Source of the DNA: Candidatus Sumerlaeaceae bacterium
Lineage (GTDB): Bacteria; Sumerlaeota; Sumerlaeia; Sumerlaeales; Sumerlaeaceae
Assembly (NCBI GenBank): GCA_019695055.1
Contig: JAIBAT010000028.1
Location: forward strand, 10,420-74,419
Reading direction: 5' to 3'
Length of the DNA: 64,000 nucleotides
This document shows positions 37,831 to 47,454 of this stretch, piece by piece. Position 1 is the stretch's first letter, and every line of letters starts with the position of its first letter. The notes below the pieces were generated by a model that saw nothing but the letters and a program-made list of their open reading frames with translations, was not told the origin of the DNA and did not search any database. The translations under genes were made by a program, and so were the position numbers.

Positions 37831-38101
37831 GCGGATTGGCAGCAGGACGGGCAGGAATGCCCGCCCTCCTTTTGTGAGGGGGTGGAGGAAGGTTGGGGTG
37901 GAGGCATGGGTGCTGTAGAAGGTTTTGAGATTCCTGGGGAGCGCTTGCGTGGTGGTGCGCTCCGCGCACGGTTAAAGCGGTGCCATGGGCACCGCACTCC
38001 AAATGAGTCGGCGGACATGCTTTGGTCGGGTGTGGCCATGGGGGGAATTGGGTGTGAGGCCGGGTTATGACAGGCTGGCTTAGAGTTGCCAAGGTGCTAC
38101 T

Positions 38102-38692
38102 TCAGGGCACAGACACCTGCGAATTGCTCCGCCCGAAGTCGCCCGGCGAGACGGTGCCGTTGGTGGGGTCGTAGCAGAAGTCGGCGGGGTCGTCGAGCTG
38201 GGCGGGGAGGCGCTCGTTCTTGCGGTCGGGGCCGAGGGAGTAGACGAACCATTTGGTGTTGGTGTTTTTCCAGGCGGCGATGTTCTCGGGGGTGGAGTAA
38301 AAGGGTTGGGCGTCCTCACCGAAGTACTCGAAATAGTTGCCACGCTCGGGGCGAACCTGGTCCGGGCGGAAGGGGTCAGTGGGCGCGGAGGTGATGTAGC
38401 CGACGGGGGTGGTGAGGGCGGCGAAGGTGAGGGATTCGTCCACGGGAGAGATACCGGGGTAGATCAGGGCATCGTAGTCGGGAGGGTAGGCGTTGGCGTC
38501 GGTGTGGTAGGCCTCCATGGCGGTGGCGATGGTGCGCATGTCGGCCTTGGCGCGGGAGACCTTGGCTCGAGTCTGGGCGAGGAGCAGGTTGGGGACGGCA
38601 ATGAGCGCGAGGATGGCCACGATGGCGACCACGATGAGAAGCTCGATGAGGGTGAAGCCTATGCGGCGGCGATGGAAGATGTTCATAACCAT
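38102..38692 (-). CDS. Prepilin-type N-terminal cleavage/methylation domain protein (PVC-type pseudopilin-like paralog 1)
   Basis: RRIGFTLIELLIVVAIVAILALIAVPNLLLAQTRAKVSRAKADMRTIATAMEAY…; C-terminal YDPTNGTVSPGDF shared with the paralog at 55003-55608. Confidence 0.7.
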   Translation of the reverse strand: MVMNIFHRRRIGFTLIELLIVVAIVAILALIAVPNLLLAQTRAKVSRAKADMRTIATAMEAYHTDANAYPPDYDALIYPGISPVDESLTFAALTTPVGYITSAPTDPFRPDQVRPERGNYFEYFGEDAQPFYSTPENIAAWKNTNTKWFVYSLGPDRKNERLPAQLDDPADFCYDPTNGTVSPGDFGRSNSQVSVP

Positions 38693-38796
38693 AGTAGACG
38701 TAAAAATCCCGTTTTCCATCCCGGCAATTTGCAAAAAGATGCATAAAGGCGGGAAATGTCAGATGGTTTCGGGATCTCACCACCTGACCGGCTGTG

Positions 38797-39915
38797 CTAC
38801 TTTTCGAGCAGCTCGCCGTAGATGGCCTCGATTTTCGAGGTCATGGCAGTGACAGAGAACTCGCGCATGGCGCGCTCGCGGGCAGAGGTGGCGAGAGCGT
38901 GGCGAAGGGTGGTGTCCTGGGCGAGTTCGAACACGGCGTTTGTGATGGCGATGGGATTGGCGGGTTCGATCAGCAGGCCGTCCACGCGATCGCGGATGAG
39001 CTCGGGGATTCCGCCGACGCGGGTGGTGATGATGGGAAGGGCGGCGTGCATGGCCTCGATGACGGAAACGGGCAGGCCCTCCCAGTGGCTGGGGAGCATG
39101 AAGAAATCCATGGCGGCGAGAAGAGGCGTGGTGTCCTCGACATAGCCCATGAATTTAATGGAATCGGCGACGCCAGTGGTACGGGCGAGAGATTCGATGT
39201 CGCCCATGCTGTCGTCGCGGCCGGCAAACAGGAAGGAGAGCTTGGGGAGGCCGGCGCGAAGGGCGGGGAGCGCCTCGATGACGTCCTCGTGGCCCTTCAT
39301 CTCGCGGAGGTTGGCGAGGATGCCGATGACGGGAAAAGCGTCGGGGGCGAGGCCGAGTTCCTGGCGGATGCGGGTGCGGCGCTCGCGGGGGATGCTGCGG
39401 GTGGGGATACCGCTGTAGACGACCTTGATCTTTTCGGGTGGATACTCCCTGCGGGCGATGGCGGCATCGCGGCCAGCGGCGCTGTTGGAGATGATCATGT
39501 CCACGAGGGACGCGGTGGCCTTGTCGAGAAGGGTGTGGTGCCATCGGCGCCAGGGGTCAATGCTGCGGATGCTGGAGACAATGACTTTTGCGCCGCCGAG
39601 CTTCGCGGCGATGCGGCCGGCGGTGTCGGCGCGCAGGCCGTAGGTCTGGACGAGATCGATGCGGTTTTCGCGAATGAAGGAGACGAGGTTTTTCAGGGCA
39701 ATGGGGTCGCCGGGAAAACGGAACTCAAAGTGGCGGGCCTGCTGGCAGTGGGGCGCGGAGCGACGGATGAGGTCGCCGTCGCCGACGAGGGCGCCGACGT
39801 AGGGGGTGAACTTCGCCCGGTCGAGGGCCTCGGTGAGGAATAGGATCATGCGCTCGGTGCCGCCCATGTCGGAGGATGAGGCGAGCTGGAGGATGCGGTA
39901 TGGGGCTGGCGACAT
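38797..39915 (-). CDS. Glycosyltransferase family 4 (GT-B fold, RfaG/WcaL-like)
   Basis: Start set at MSPAPYRILQLASSSDMGGTERM; C-terminal GT4 E-x7-E region …PSHWEGLPVSVIEAMHAALPIITT. Confidence 0.8.
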   Translation of the reverse strand: MSPAPYRILQLASSSDMGGTERMILFLTEALDRAKFTPYVGALVGDGDLIRRSAPHCQQARHFEFRFPGDPIALKNLVSFIRENRIDLVQTYGLRADTAGRIAAKLGGAKVIVSSIRSIDPWRRWHHTLLDKATASLVDMIISNSAAGRDAAIARREYPPEKIKVVYSGIPTRSIPRERRTRIRQELGLAPDAFPVIGILANLREMKGHEDVIEALPALRAGLPKLSFLFAGRDDSMGDIESLARTTGVADSIKFMGYVEDTTPLLAAMDFFMLPSHWEGLPVSVIEAMHAALPIITTRVGGIPELIRDRVDGLLIEPANPIAITNAVFELAQDTTLRHALATSARERAMREFSVTAMTSKIEAIYGELLEK

Positions 39916-40045
39916 TGGGTTCTGACCGGAATCTCTTATGGCGCGCATTCAATGCGGGTTCGGGGCGGAGTGGCCACAAAAAAATTCGGGGCGCCAGACC
40001 TGAACGGTCCGGCGCCCCATGGGGGGAAGGCTTTGGGGTGCTAAA

Positions 40046-41155
40046 TTAGAAGCCGACGTTCGGGCGGCCGCCAAAGGTGGTGGCCGGTTCGTTGTCGCCG
40101 GTTTCGGTCATCTGATCGGTGGCGATCAGTTCACTGAGGAGGGCGATAAAGTTGCTGGGGTATTCACGATACTTGGTGAAGACGGCGAGAACGTAGGTCT
40201 TGTGGTTGGGCAGAACGACGACGCCGACGTCATTGTAATTTCGGACGGTGTAGCCGTTGATGCCGAAGAAGCGCGAGCCAACGGGGAGGCCACCGCAGAT
40301 TCCGGCGAGGGGGCCGACCTTGGCCTGCTCGAGAGCCCTGCTCATGACGCTCTTCATCATCTTGCAGGCATTCTTGGTGCCTATGCCCTCGGCATTGATG
40401 AGGTAGAACAGCGCGGCAGCCTGGTTGGTCGTCATGCGATTGCTGTTCTCGTAGTTGAGCTCCAGCTTCTCGCCGAGTAACTGGGAGTCACTGGCTGAGG
40501 GCTCTCCCACCCAAATCTTCTGGTTCGCGTTAAAATTCTCAAGGCCGAGGCAATTGACATAGAACGCGTTGACGACATTGCGCTTGGTGGCAAACTTTGT
40601 CAGTGCGCCCTTGGAAAGGTGGCCGTCCGACGAGGTGTTTGTGATGGCATCCACGAGGCGGTTGGTGGCCGCATTGTTGCCGTGGGCCAGCATGGCATCA
40701 AGATCCTTGGCGTAGGGCTTGAGGGAAACATTATTAATGGCGCACTGATAGGCGAGGGCCGTGGCATAGAATGGACGGACGACGCCGGAGGCGAAGAGCA
40801 TTTCATTCCCCTGGAAGTGGCCGAAGGCTGGTGGGCCGTTGTTCTCGCGGCAAAGCTCCAGCCACGTTACGGACACATCCTCCTTGCTGATGCCGGGCGA
40901 AAGGGCGAGAGCCTGCTCGACGAAGGTTCCAAGGTACTGGCTGCGCTGGGGCGATTCGACCAGGTCACAGATGAGCCGTGCGGAATCGCTGGGTGGAATG
41001 GCAGCGCCGTCGCACTCAACGGATACGATTGGCTCGTACCGATAGGCGGAAACCGCGCCCTTGGTTTGAAACGGGGTTTTCGGGACCTGCGTCTCCTGTG
41101 CGAAACCCGGCAAGCTCAGCGCAAGGCAGCATGCAAACAAACATGAACGCCGCAT
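40046..41155 (-). CDS. Secreted serine-hydrolase-like protein (beta-lactamase/transpeptidase-fold suspected)
   Basis: Start set at ATG 41153-41155 (AGGAG RBS; MRRSCLFACCLALSLPGFAQE signal peptide); family assignment weak. Confidence 0.4.
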   Translation of the reverse strand: MRRSCLFACCLALSLPGFAQETQVPKTPFQTKGAVSAYRYEPIVSVECDGAAIPPSDSARLICDLVESPQRSQYLGTFVEQALALSPGISKEDVSVTWLELCRENNGPPAFGHFQGNEMLFASGVVRPFYATALAYQCAINNVSLKPYAKDLDAMLAHGNNAATNRLVDAITNTSSDGHLSKGALTKFATKRNVVNAFYVNCLGLENFNANQKIWVGEPSASDSQLLGEKLELNYENSNRMTTNQAAALFYLINAEGIGTKNACKMMKSVMSRALEQAKVGPLAGICGGLPVGSRFFGINGYTVRNYNDVGVVVLPNHKTYVLAVFTKYREYPSNFIALLSELIATDQMTETGDNEPATTFGGRPNVGF

Positions 41156-41352
41156 TACAGCGCTCCTTCTGAATAGATTTTTTGTGAGTAGGGAGGAACT
41201 CTGGGCTGCGGTCAAACCAAAAATCAAGGGAAACAGGAGGGGATTTTGGCCCCCGGTTTGGGCTGGTTTTTCCATTTGCAGGGGCCGGAGCCTTGGTGCA
41301 GGTTAAGTGGAGTACAATCAAGGCCGAAACCCGGCCAAGGAAACAGGCGCTC

Positions 41353-42240
41353 GTGGACTCAAGGACCTCAGCCCGAAAGGGTATCGTACTGGCCGGCGGG
41401 GCCGGAACCCGGCTCTATCCGCTGACGCTGGTCGCCAGCAAGCAGCTTATGGCGGTTTACGACAAGCCGCTCATTTATTATCCCATCAGTACGCTGATGC
41501 TGGCGGGGGTACGGGACATCCTGCTTATCTCGACGCCCCAGGACCTGCCGAGGTTTCGCGAACTGCTGGGGGACGGGTCGCGATTCGGGCTGCGGCTGAG
41601 CTATGCCGAGCAGGCGCGGCCCGAGGGGATCGCGCAGGCTTTTATTATCGGGGCGGACTTCATCGGGCAGGACGACGTGGTGCTGATTCTGGGCGATAAT
41701 GTGTTCTACGGGAAAATGAACTTCCTAGAGGAAGGCGCTGCTTCGCAGGCCGGGGCCACGATATTCGGGTATTACGTCAATGACCCGGAGCGATATGGCG
41801 TGGTGGAATTCGACAAGACAGGAAAGGCGATCTCGATCGAGGAGAAGCCGAAGAACCCCAAGAGCCACTTTGCGGTGCCGGGTCTGTACTTTTATGACAA
41901 GCAGATCGTGGAGATTGCGCGGAACCTGAAACCGTCGGCGCGGGGGGAGCTGGAGATTACCGACGTGAACCGCGTCTATCTGGGGAAGGGGCAACTGCGG
42001 GTGCGTCAATTGGGGCGCGGCGTGGCCTGGCTGGACACGGGAACCCACGACAGCCTGTTGGAGGCGAGCGATTTTATTGCCACCATCGAGCACCGGCAGG
42101 GATTGAAGATCGGGTGTCTGGAGGAAATTGCACTTCGGATGGGCTTCTTTACGTTGGCGGAATTTGACGAGGTGGTGGGTGCCATGCCGAAGAGCTCGTA
42201 CCGGAGCTATCTGGAGAGAATCCGCGGAGAATTTGACTGA
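41353..42240 (+). CDS. rfbA: Glucose-1-phosphate thymidylyltransferase
   Basis: [17 protein letters not shown]…YDKP(L)IYYP…GLRLSYAEQ…LGDN; no in-frame ATG near the N-terminus, GTG 41353 proposed (AAGGAAA 8 nt upstream). Confidence 0.85.
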   Translation: MDSRTSARKGIVLAGGAGTRLYPLTLVASKQLMAVYDKPLIYYPISTLMLAGVRDILLISTPQDLPRFRELLGDGSRFGLRLSYAEQARPEGIAQAFIIGADFIGQDDVVLILGDNVFYGKMNFLEEGAASQAGATIFGYYVNDPERYGVVEFDKTGKAISIEEKPKNPKSHFAVPGLYFYDKQIVEIARNLKPSARGELEITDVNRVYLGKGQLRVRQLGRGVAWLDTGTHDSLLEASDFIATIEHRQGLKIGCLEEIALRMGFFTLAEFDEVVGAMPKSSYRSYLERIRGEFD

Positions 42241-42510
42241 GTTCGTTTAACGTCAATAAATACAGTCCTTTATGTGGCTGAGCGGGAAGCCCATCTCCTT
42301 TTGAAGAAACAATATTCAGGGTTTTAAGTACCGTTTCATCAAGCACCGTTTCTTTCAAACATGGAAACTATGCGGAATTCACGGCACGTATTACGCTTAG
42401 GGCTTCCAGTATAACGATGAATTGAGAATTTGTCCGGCGCCGCCAACCGGTGTTATGGCCCGCATCGGGATTCCACAAACCGTGGAGCGGCCCGGATTGA
42501 CGAGGATTGC

Positions 42511-43908
42511 ATGGACTCTGTAATGCGGTGGACCATCGGTATCGGTATCGCCTTCCTGTTGATTTTTGCCGGATGCGGAAAAGCCCCGGCACCGGCACCG
42601 GGCGCGACGGGGAAACCGGCGGCCGCGGTCGGCGGCAAAACGGACGGTGCGCCCGGGCAGGGCCCAAAGAAGTTTGGGGTGCGCGTCAAGCCGGTATCCA
42701 CACAGCCCGTGGTTTATGTCACTGAAGCCATTGGGTCCCTTGTGGAGGAAAATCGCTTTGAGATCCCGGCGCAGGTGGAGGGCACGGCGGTGGGAGTTGG
42801 TTTTTCGGAGGGGGATCGCGTCACGACCAACCAGGAAATGATGCGAATTGATTATGATCGCTACAAGCTGCGGGTGGATAAAGCACAAAATGATTTGAGC
42901 GAGGCGGAGGCCACGGTGCGCACCGCGGAGGCCGCGCTGGAGGATGCGGTTCGCCAGACAAGCTCGACGGAAAAGCAGGCGCGCCTGGACTATGAACTGG
43001 CGAAATCGGAGTATGACAGGCGCGCGAACCTGACCCAGGGCTCGGTGATTTCCTCGGAGGACCGGGCCACGTTTGAGATGAAATATCGGCGGGCGCTGAC
43101 CTCGCTGGAGGATTCGGTGGTGCAGATGCGCACGCTGGTGCTGAAGGCCCAGGCGGCACTGAACGAGAAGCGCGCGGCACTGGGGGCGAAGAAGGCGGAG
43201 CTGGCGCTGGCGGAGGATGACCTGAAACGGGCTGTGATTCGGGCGCCGATTGCGGGAACGATCCTCGAACGCCGGGTAACCAACGGGCAGTTTCTCAAAT
43301 CGGGCGACAAGGTGGCCGTGATGGTTCAGACGGATCCCCTGCGGCTGAAGTTCATGGTTCCGGAGAGCAAGGCGGAGAGCCTGTCGAAGGACATGGAAGT
43401 GCGTTTTTCGGTGAACGCGATTCCGGGAAAAGAGTTTCACGCAAAGGTCTATTCGCTGGGCGAGGCGGCCGATGCGGAGACCCGCGAAGTGCCGGTGTGG
43501 GGCCGCCTGGCGAATCCCGACGGTTTGCTGAGGCCGGGGTACTTTGCAAAAGTTTCCATGGAAACGGCCACAAAGAAGTCCTCGGTGGTGGTGCCTCTGG
43601 CCAGTGTGCTCCCGACGGAAATCGGTACGATTGCGTACGTGGTTCAGGACGGGCTTGCCGTGCGCCGGAAGATCAAGACCGGGCTGCAAGTGACGGGTGA
43701 CTCCATCGAGGTGCTGAGCGGCCTGGAGCCGGGCGAACAACTGGTGGTGGAGGGAATGGGGTCGCTGCAGGACAATGTCCCCGTGGACGTAAAGGAGGGC
43801 GCCGGTGATGCCAAGCTGCCGGCGAAACCCATTGCAACGTCCGGGCTGGACAATCGTGGGACGACCACCGTAGCGGAGGCGCCGCGGCCGGGAGCCCCCA
43901 CGCCATGA
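42511..43908 (+). CDS. RND efflux periplasmic adaptor (membrane fusion protein), lipoprotein
   Basis: Start at MDSVMRWTIGIGIAFLLIFAGC (lipobox); coiled-coil hairpin; RAPIAGTILERRVTNGQFL…, beta-barrel and MP domains. Confidence 0.85.
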   Translation: MDSVMRWTIGIGIAFLLIFAGCGKAPAPAPGATGKPAAAVGGKTDGAPGQGPKKFGVRVKPVSTQPVVYVTEAIGSLVEENRFEIPAQVEGTAVGVGFSEGDRVTTNQEMMRIDYDRYKLRVDKAQNDLSEAEATVRTAEAALEDAVRQTSSTEKQARLDYELAKSEYDRRANLTQGSVISSEDRATFEMKYRRALTSLEDSVVQMRTLVLKAQAALNEKRAALGAKKAELALAEDDLKRAVIRAPIAGTILERRVTNGQFLKSGDKVAVMVQTDPLRLKFMVPESKAESLSKDMEVRFSVNAIPGKEFHAKVYSLGEAADAETREVPVWGRLANPDGLLRPGYFAKVSMETATKKSSVVVPLASVLPTEIGTIAYVVQDGLAVRRKIKTGLQVTGDSIEVLSGLEPGEQLVVEGMGSLQDNVPVDVKEGAGDAKLPAKPIATSGLDNRGTTTVAEAPRPGAPTP

Positions 43909-46900
43909 GCCTTGCCTCGATTTCCATAAAAAACCCTGTCTTTGCCTGGATGCTGATGATCGGGTTCATCGTGTTTGGGGTCATCAGTTTCAACCGCCTT
44001 GGTGTCAGCCAGAATCCCGACGTGGATTTTCCGTTTGTGACGGTCACGGCGACCCTCGAGGGTGCGGCGCCGGAAATCATGGAGTCTGACGTGGTGGACG
44101 TGATCGAGGACTCGGTCATGGCGGTGGAGGGTGTGAAGGAAGTCACCAGCACCTGCCGCCAGGGCTCGGCGTCCATCAAGATCGAGTTTACGCTGAACAC
44201 CAGCATTGACCAGGCGCTGCAGGACGTGCAGGCGCGCATCGCGCAGGCCGGCAAGTCGTTGCCAAAAGACATGGACCCGCCCATCGTGGCCAAGCAGAAC
44301 CCCGAGGAAGACCCCATCATGTGGATGGCGCTGACGGGGACGCGATCGCAACAGGAGCTGACGCAGTACGCCAAGAACAGCCTGCGCGACCGGTTCCTGA
44401 CGGTGCCGGGGGTGGGCGAGGTCCGCATGGGGGGATTCCTGGACCGGAACGTGCGGATCTGGATCAAGTCGGATGAGTTGCGCGCGCGGGATCTTGGGAT
44501 CAACGAGGTGGTGGCGGCGCTTCAGCGCCAGCACGTGGAAATGCCGGCGGGGCGCATCGAAGGCCAGAACCGGGTGGCCAATGTGCGCATCGAGGGCGAG
44601 GCCCTGAACGTGGAAACGATGCGCAACCTGCAGGTGGCCATGCGCGGGAGCGCGCCGGTTTACCTGAAGGATGTGGCGCTTGTGGAGGACGGGTTCGAGG
44701 ACAAGACCCGTGTGGCGCGCAGCAACGGGCTACCGGCACAGGGCATGGGAGTCATCAAGCAGCGCGGGTTCAGCGCTGTTGAGGTGGCGGACGCGGTGCG
44801 CAAGCGCATCGCGGAAATCCAGCCCACACTGCCCCAGGGCATGGAACTCAACATCCGCGTGGACAACACGAAGTACATCAAGACGGCGATTCATGAAATC
44901 GAATTTGACCTGACCATGGCGGTGCTGCTGACGGCGTTTGTGTGCTGGCTATTCCTTGGGTCCCTGTCGTCCACCTTTAACGTGGTGCTGGCAATTCCAG
45001 TGGCACTGTTCGGCACGTTTGCCGTCATGTATTTTGCGAATTTCACACTGAACACGTTCAGCCTGCTGGCGCTGGGGTTGTGCATCGGCATCGTGGTGGA
45101 CGACGCCATCATGGTGTTGGAAAACATTTATCGGCATGCCGAAGAGGGCGAAGACCGTGTGACGGCAGCCCGCAAGGGCACGGAGCAGATCACAACGGCG
45201 GCGTTGGCCGCCACGCTGGCGATCGTGGCGATCTTCCTGCCGGTGGCGTTCATGCAGGGGATCATTGGGAAGTTCTTCTTCCAGTTTGGCGTGGTCATTT
45301 CCGTCGCGGTATTGATATCGCTGCTTGAGGCGCTGACGCTGGCACCGGCGCGATGCTCGCAGTTTCTCAGCGTTGGCGGGCGGGGAAACATCATCGAGCG
45401 TGCCATCGGGAGATTTTTCCACGGCCTTAGCCGTTTTTACGCGTTCGTGCTTGGCATTGCGCTGAGGTGGCGCGTAACGGTTCTCGCCATCGCCACGGCC
45501 ATATTTGTGGCGTCCCTCTATCTTGTGGGCGGCCTGAAGAAGGAAATGGTCCCCACGCAGGACCAGGGATTCTTCATGTGCCAGTTCACGACACCTGTGG
45601 GATCGTCGATCGAGTATACGGATCGGCAGATGTCGCAGCTGGAGAAGATCCTAAAGAATACGCCGGAGGTGGAGGGTATGCTCGCCATCGCGGGGACGAG
45701 CGACCTGAATTCCGGTTTCATCTTCGTGACGTTGAAGGACAAGGAAAAGGGGGAGCGCACGGCGAACCAGATCGACATCATCAACAAGCTGCGGCCACAG
45801 TTGAACTCGTTTCCGGGAACCCGCGTGTCGCTGCTGGATTTCTCGCAGCAGGGATTTTCGGGCGGGCGCAGTTTTCCCGTGGAGTACACCGTGCGTGGAC
45901 CGGACTGGAGCGTGCTGGCACAGACCGCTGGTGATGTGATGACCAAGATGCGAAACTCCGGGCTTATGGTGGACGTGGATACCGATTACCGCGTGGGGTT
46001 GCCAGAGATCCAGGTATTGCCGGACCGCCTGAAGGCCCTGGCCAACGATGTCGATGTGGAGGAAATTGCATCGACGATCAATTCGCTGATAGGTGGGGCG
46101 CGGGTGGCCAAGTACAAGGACAATGGGCGACGGTACGACGTTCGCGTGCGGCTGCTCAAGGAGGACCGGCTGCGTCCCGAGGATATTACGTCGCTCTACG
46201 TGCGCAACTCGAAGGGGCGGCTCGTCCCGTTGAGCGAAGTGACCAGCATCAGCGTGCAGCCGAGTTTGCAGTCCATTACACGAAAGCAGCGCGAGCGCGC
46301 CATCACGATCACTGCCAATGCGGCGCCGGGACACTCGCAGGACGAGGCGTTGAAGAAGATGAAGGAGTTTGAGAAGGAACTTCCGACGGGATACCGCCTT
46401 GTGGCGTCGGGGGCAAGCCAGGCCTTTCAGGAGTCGACCAACAGCCTCGTGTTTGCGATGTTTCTTGGTTTGCTGACGGCCTACATGGTGCTGGGATCCC
46501 AGTTTAACAGTTTCATTCACCCGGTGACCGTGCTGATGGCGCTCCCCTTCGCCGTTACCGGCGCGCTGCTGGCACTGGTGGTCACGGGTTGTTCGCTGAA
46601 CATTTACTCGCTTATCGGCGTGATCCTGCTGTTTGGAATCGTGAAGAAAAATTCCATTCTTTTGGTGGATTACACAAACCAGATGCGGGAACAGGGGATG
46701 GGGGCCGACGAAGCCCTGAAGCACGCCGGCCCCATACGGCTGCGGCCGATCATGATGACAACATTTGCCATGATGGCGGGGGCCCTGCCCGGAGCGCTGG
46801 CGCACGGTGTGGGTTCCGAAGTGCGAAGCCCCATGAATATCGCCATCATCGGCGGATTGATTGTTTCCACTATGCTGACCCTCGTGGTGGTGCCGTGCTT

Positions 46901-47009
46901 CTACAGCCTGATTGACCAGGCCGATGCCACTGCAAGGCGCTGGCTTGGCATCGGAAAACAGAAAACGGAAGCTGCCGACGTTTCGGGCGGCGAAGCATTG
47001 GGGAAATAG
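43905..47009 (+). CDS. RND multidrug efflux permease (HAE1, AcrB-like)
   Basis: 1034 aa, 12 TM, MSLASISIKNPVFAWMLMIGFIVFG…; ATGA overlap with the adaptor gene. Confidence 0.95.
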   Translation: MSLASISIKNPVFAWMLMIGFIVFGVISFNRLGVSQNPDVDFPFVTVTATLEGAAPEIMESDVVDVIEDSVMAVEGVKEVTSTCRQGSASIKIEFTLNTSIDQALQDVQARIAQAGKSLPKDMDPPIVAKQNPEEDPIMWMALTGTRSQQELTQYAKNSLRDRFLTVPGVGEVRMGGFLDRNVRIWIKSDELRARDLGINEVVAALQRQHVEMPAGRIEGQNRVANVRIEGEALNVETMRNLQVAMRGSAPVYLKDVALVEDGFEDKTRVARSNGLPAQGMGVIKQRGFSAVEVADAVRKRIAEIQPTLPQGMELNIRVDNTKYIKTAIHEIEFDLTMAVLLTAFVCWLFLGSLSSTFNVVLAIPVALFGTFAVMYFANFTLNTFSLLALGLCIGIVVDDAIMVLENIYRHAEEGEDRVTAARKGTEQITTAALAATLAIVAIFLPVAFMQGIIGKFFFQFGVVISVAVLISLLEALTLAPARCSQFLSVGGRGNIIERAIGRFFHGLSRFYAFVLGIALRWRVTVLAIATAIFVASLYLVGGLKKEMVPTQDQGFFMCQFTTPVGSSIEYTDRQMSQLEKILKNTPEVEGMLAIAGTSDLNSGFIFVTLKDKEKGERTANQIDIINKLRPQLNSFPGTRVSLLDFSQQGFSGGRSFPVEYTVRGPDWSVLAQTAGDVMTKMRNSGLMVDVDTDYRVGLPEIQVLPDRLKALANDVDVEEIASTINSLIGGARVAKYKDNGRRYDVRVRLLKEDRLRPEDITSLYVRNSKGRLVPLSEVTSISVQPSLQSITRKQRERAITITANAAPGHSQDEALKKMKEFEKELPTGYRLVASGASQAFQESTNSLVFAMFLGLLTAYMVLGSQFNSFIHPVTVLMALPFAVTGALLALVVTGCSLNIYSLIGVILLFGIVKKNSILLVDYTNQMREQGMGADEALKHAGPIRLRPIMMTTFAMMAGALPGALAHGVGSEVRSPMNIAIIGGLIVSTMLTLVVVPCFYSLIDQADATARRWLGIGKQKTEAADVSGGEALGK

Positions 47010-47034
47010 CCAAGAGGTTTAAGGGACAGGTAAA

Positions 47035-47439
47035 ATGAGCCACAAACACGCGATAATCGCCGCGGTCTTATGCGTTTCGGGACTGATTCAGGGCACAGCG
47101 ACCGCAGACAACGCCGCAAACCCGGCCGCAGTGCGACCGGTGCCCAGGCGCGGAATTGATCAACTGAAAGAGCGAAACTGGGCGGGGGCGGACTCCCAGA
47201 CTACGGATCCTGCTGTTTTGGAACGACGGGAAAGAATGAAGAAGTTCTTTGAGGAAAGACGAATGGCGACCACAGGCACCCTGACCCTGGAGCAGCAGCA
47301 GCGTGCATTCCGGAATCAGCCATTCCCACAACGAACCCGGCCGGTGAGTGCCGCAGACCGCCAGACGACGGGAAATCGGCGTCGGGTGCTGGAATCGAAG
47401 TCGGCAATGACCTCGGCTCCCATCGAAATCAAACCGTAG
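47035..47439 (+). CDS. Small secreted hypothetical protein downstream of the RND pump
   Basis: 134 aa, signal peptide AAVLCVSGLIQGTATA, charged/low-complexity remainder. Confidence 0.35.
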   Translation: MSHKHAIIAAVLCVSGLIQGTATADNAANPAAVRPVPRRGIDQLKERNWAGADSQTTDPAVLERRERMKKFFEERRMATTGTLTLEQQQRAFRNQPFPQRTRPVSAADRQTTGNRRRVLESKSAMTSAPIEIKP

Positions 47440-47454
47440 CAGGAATCCCGGCGA

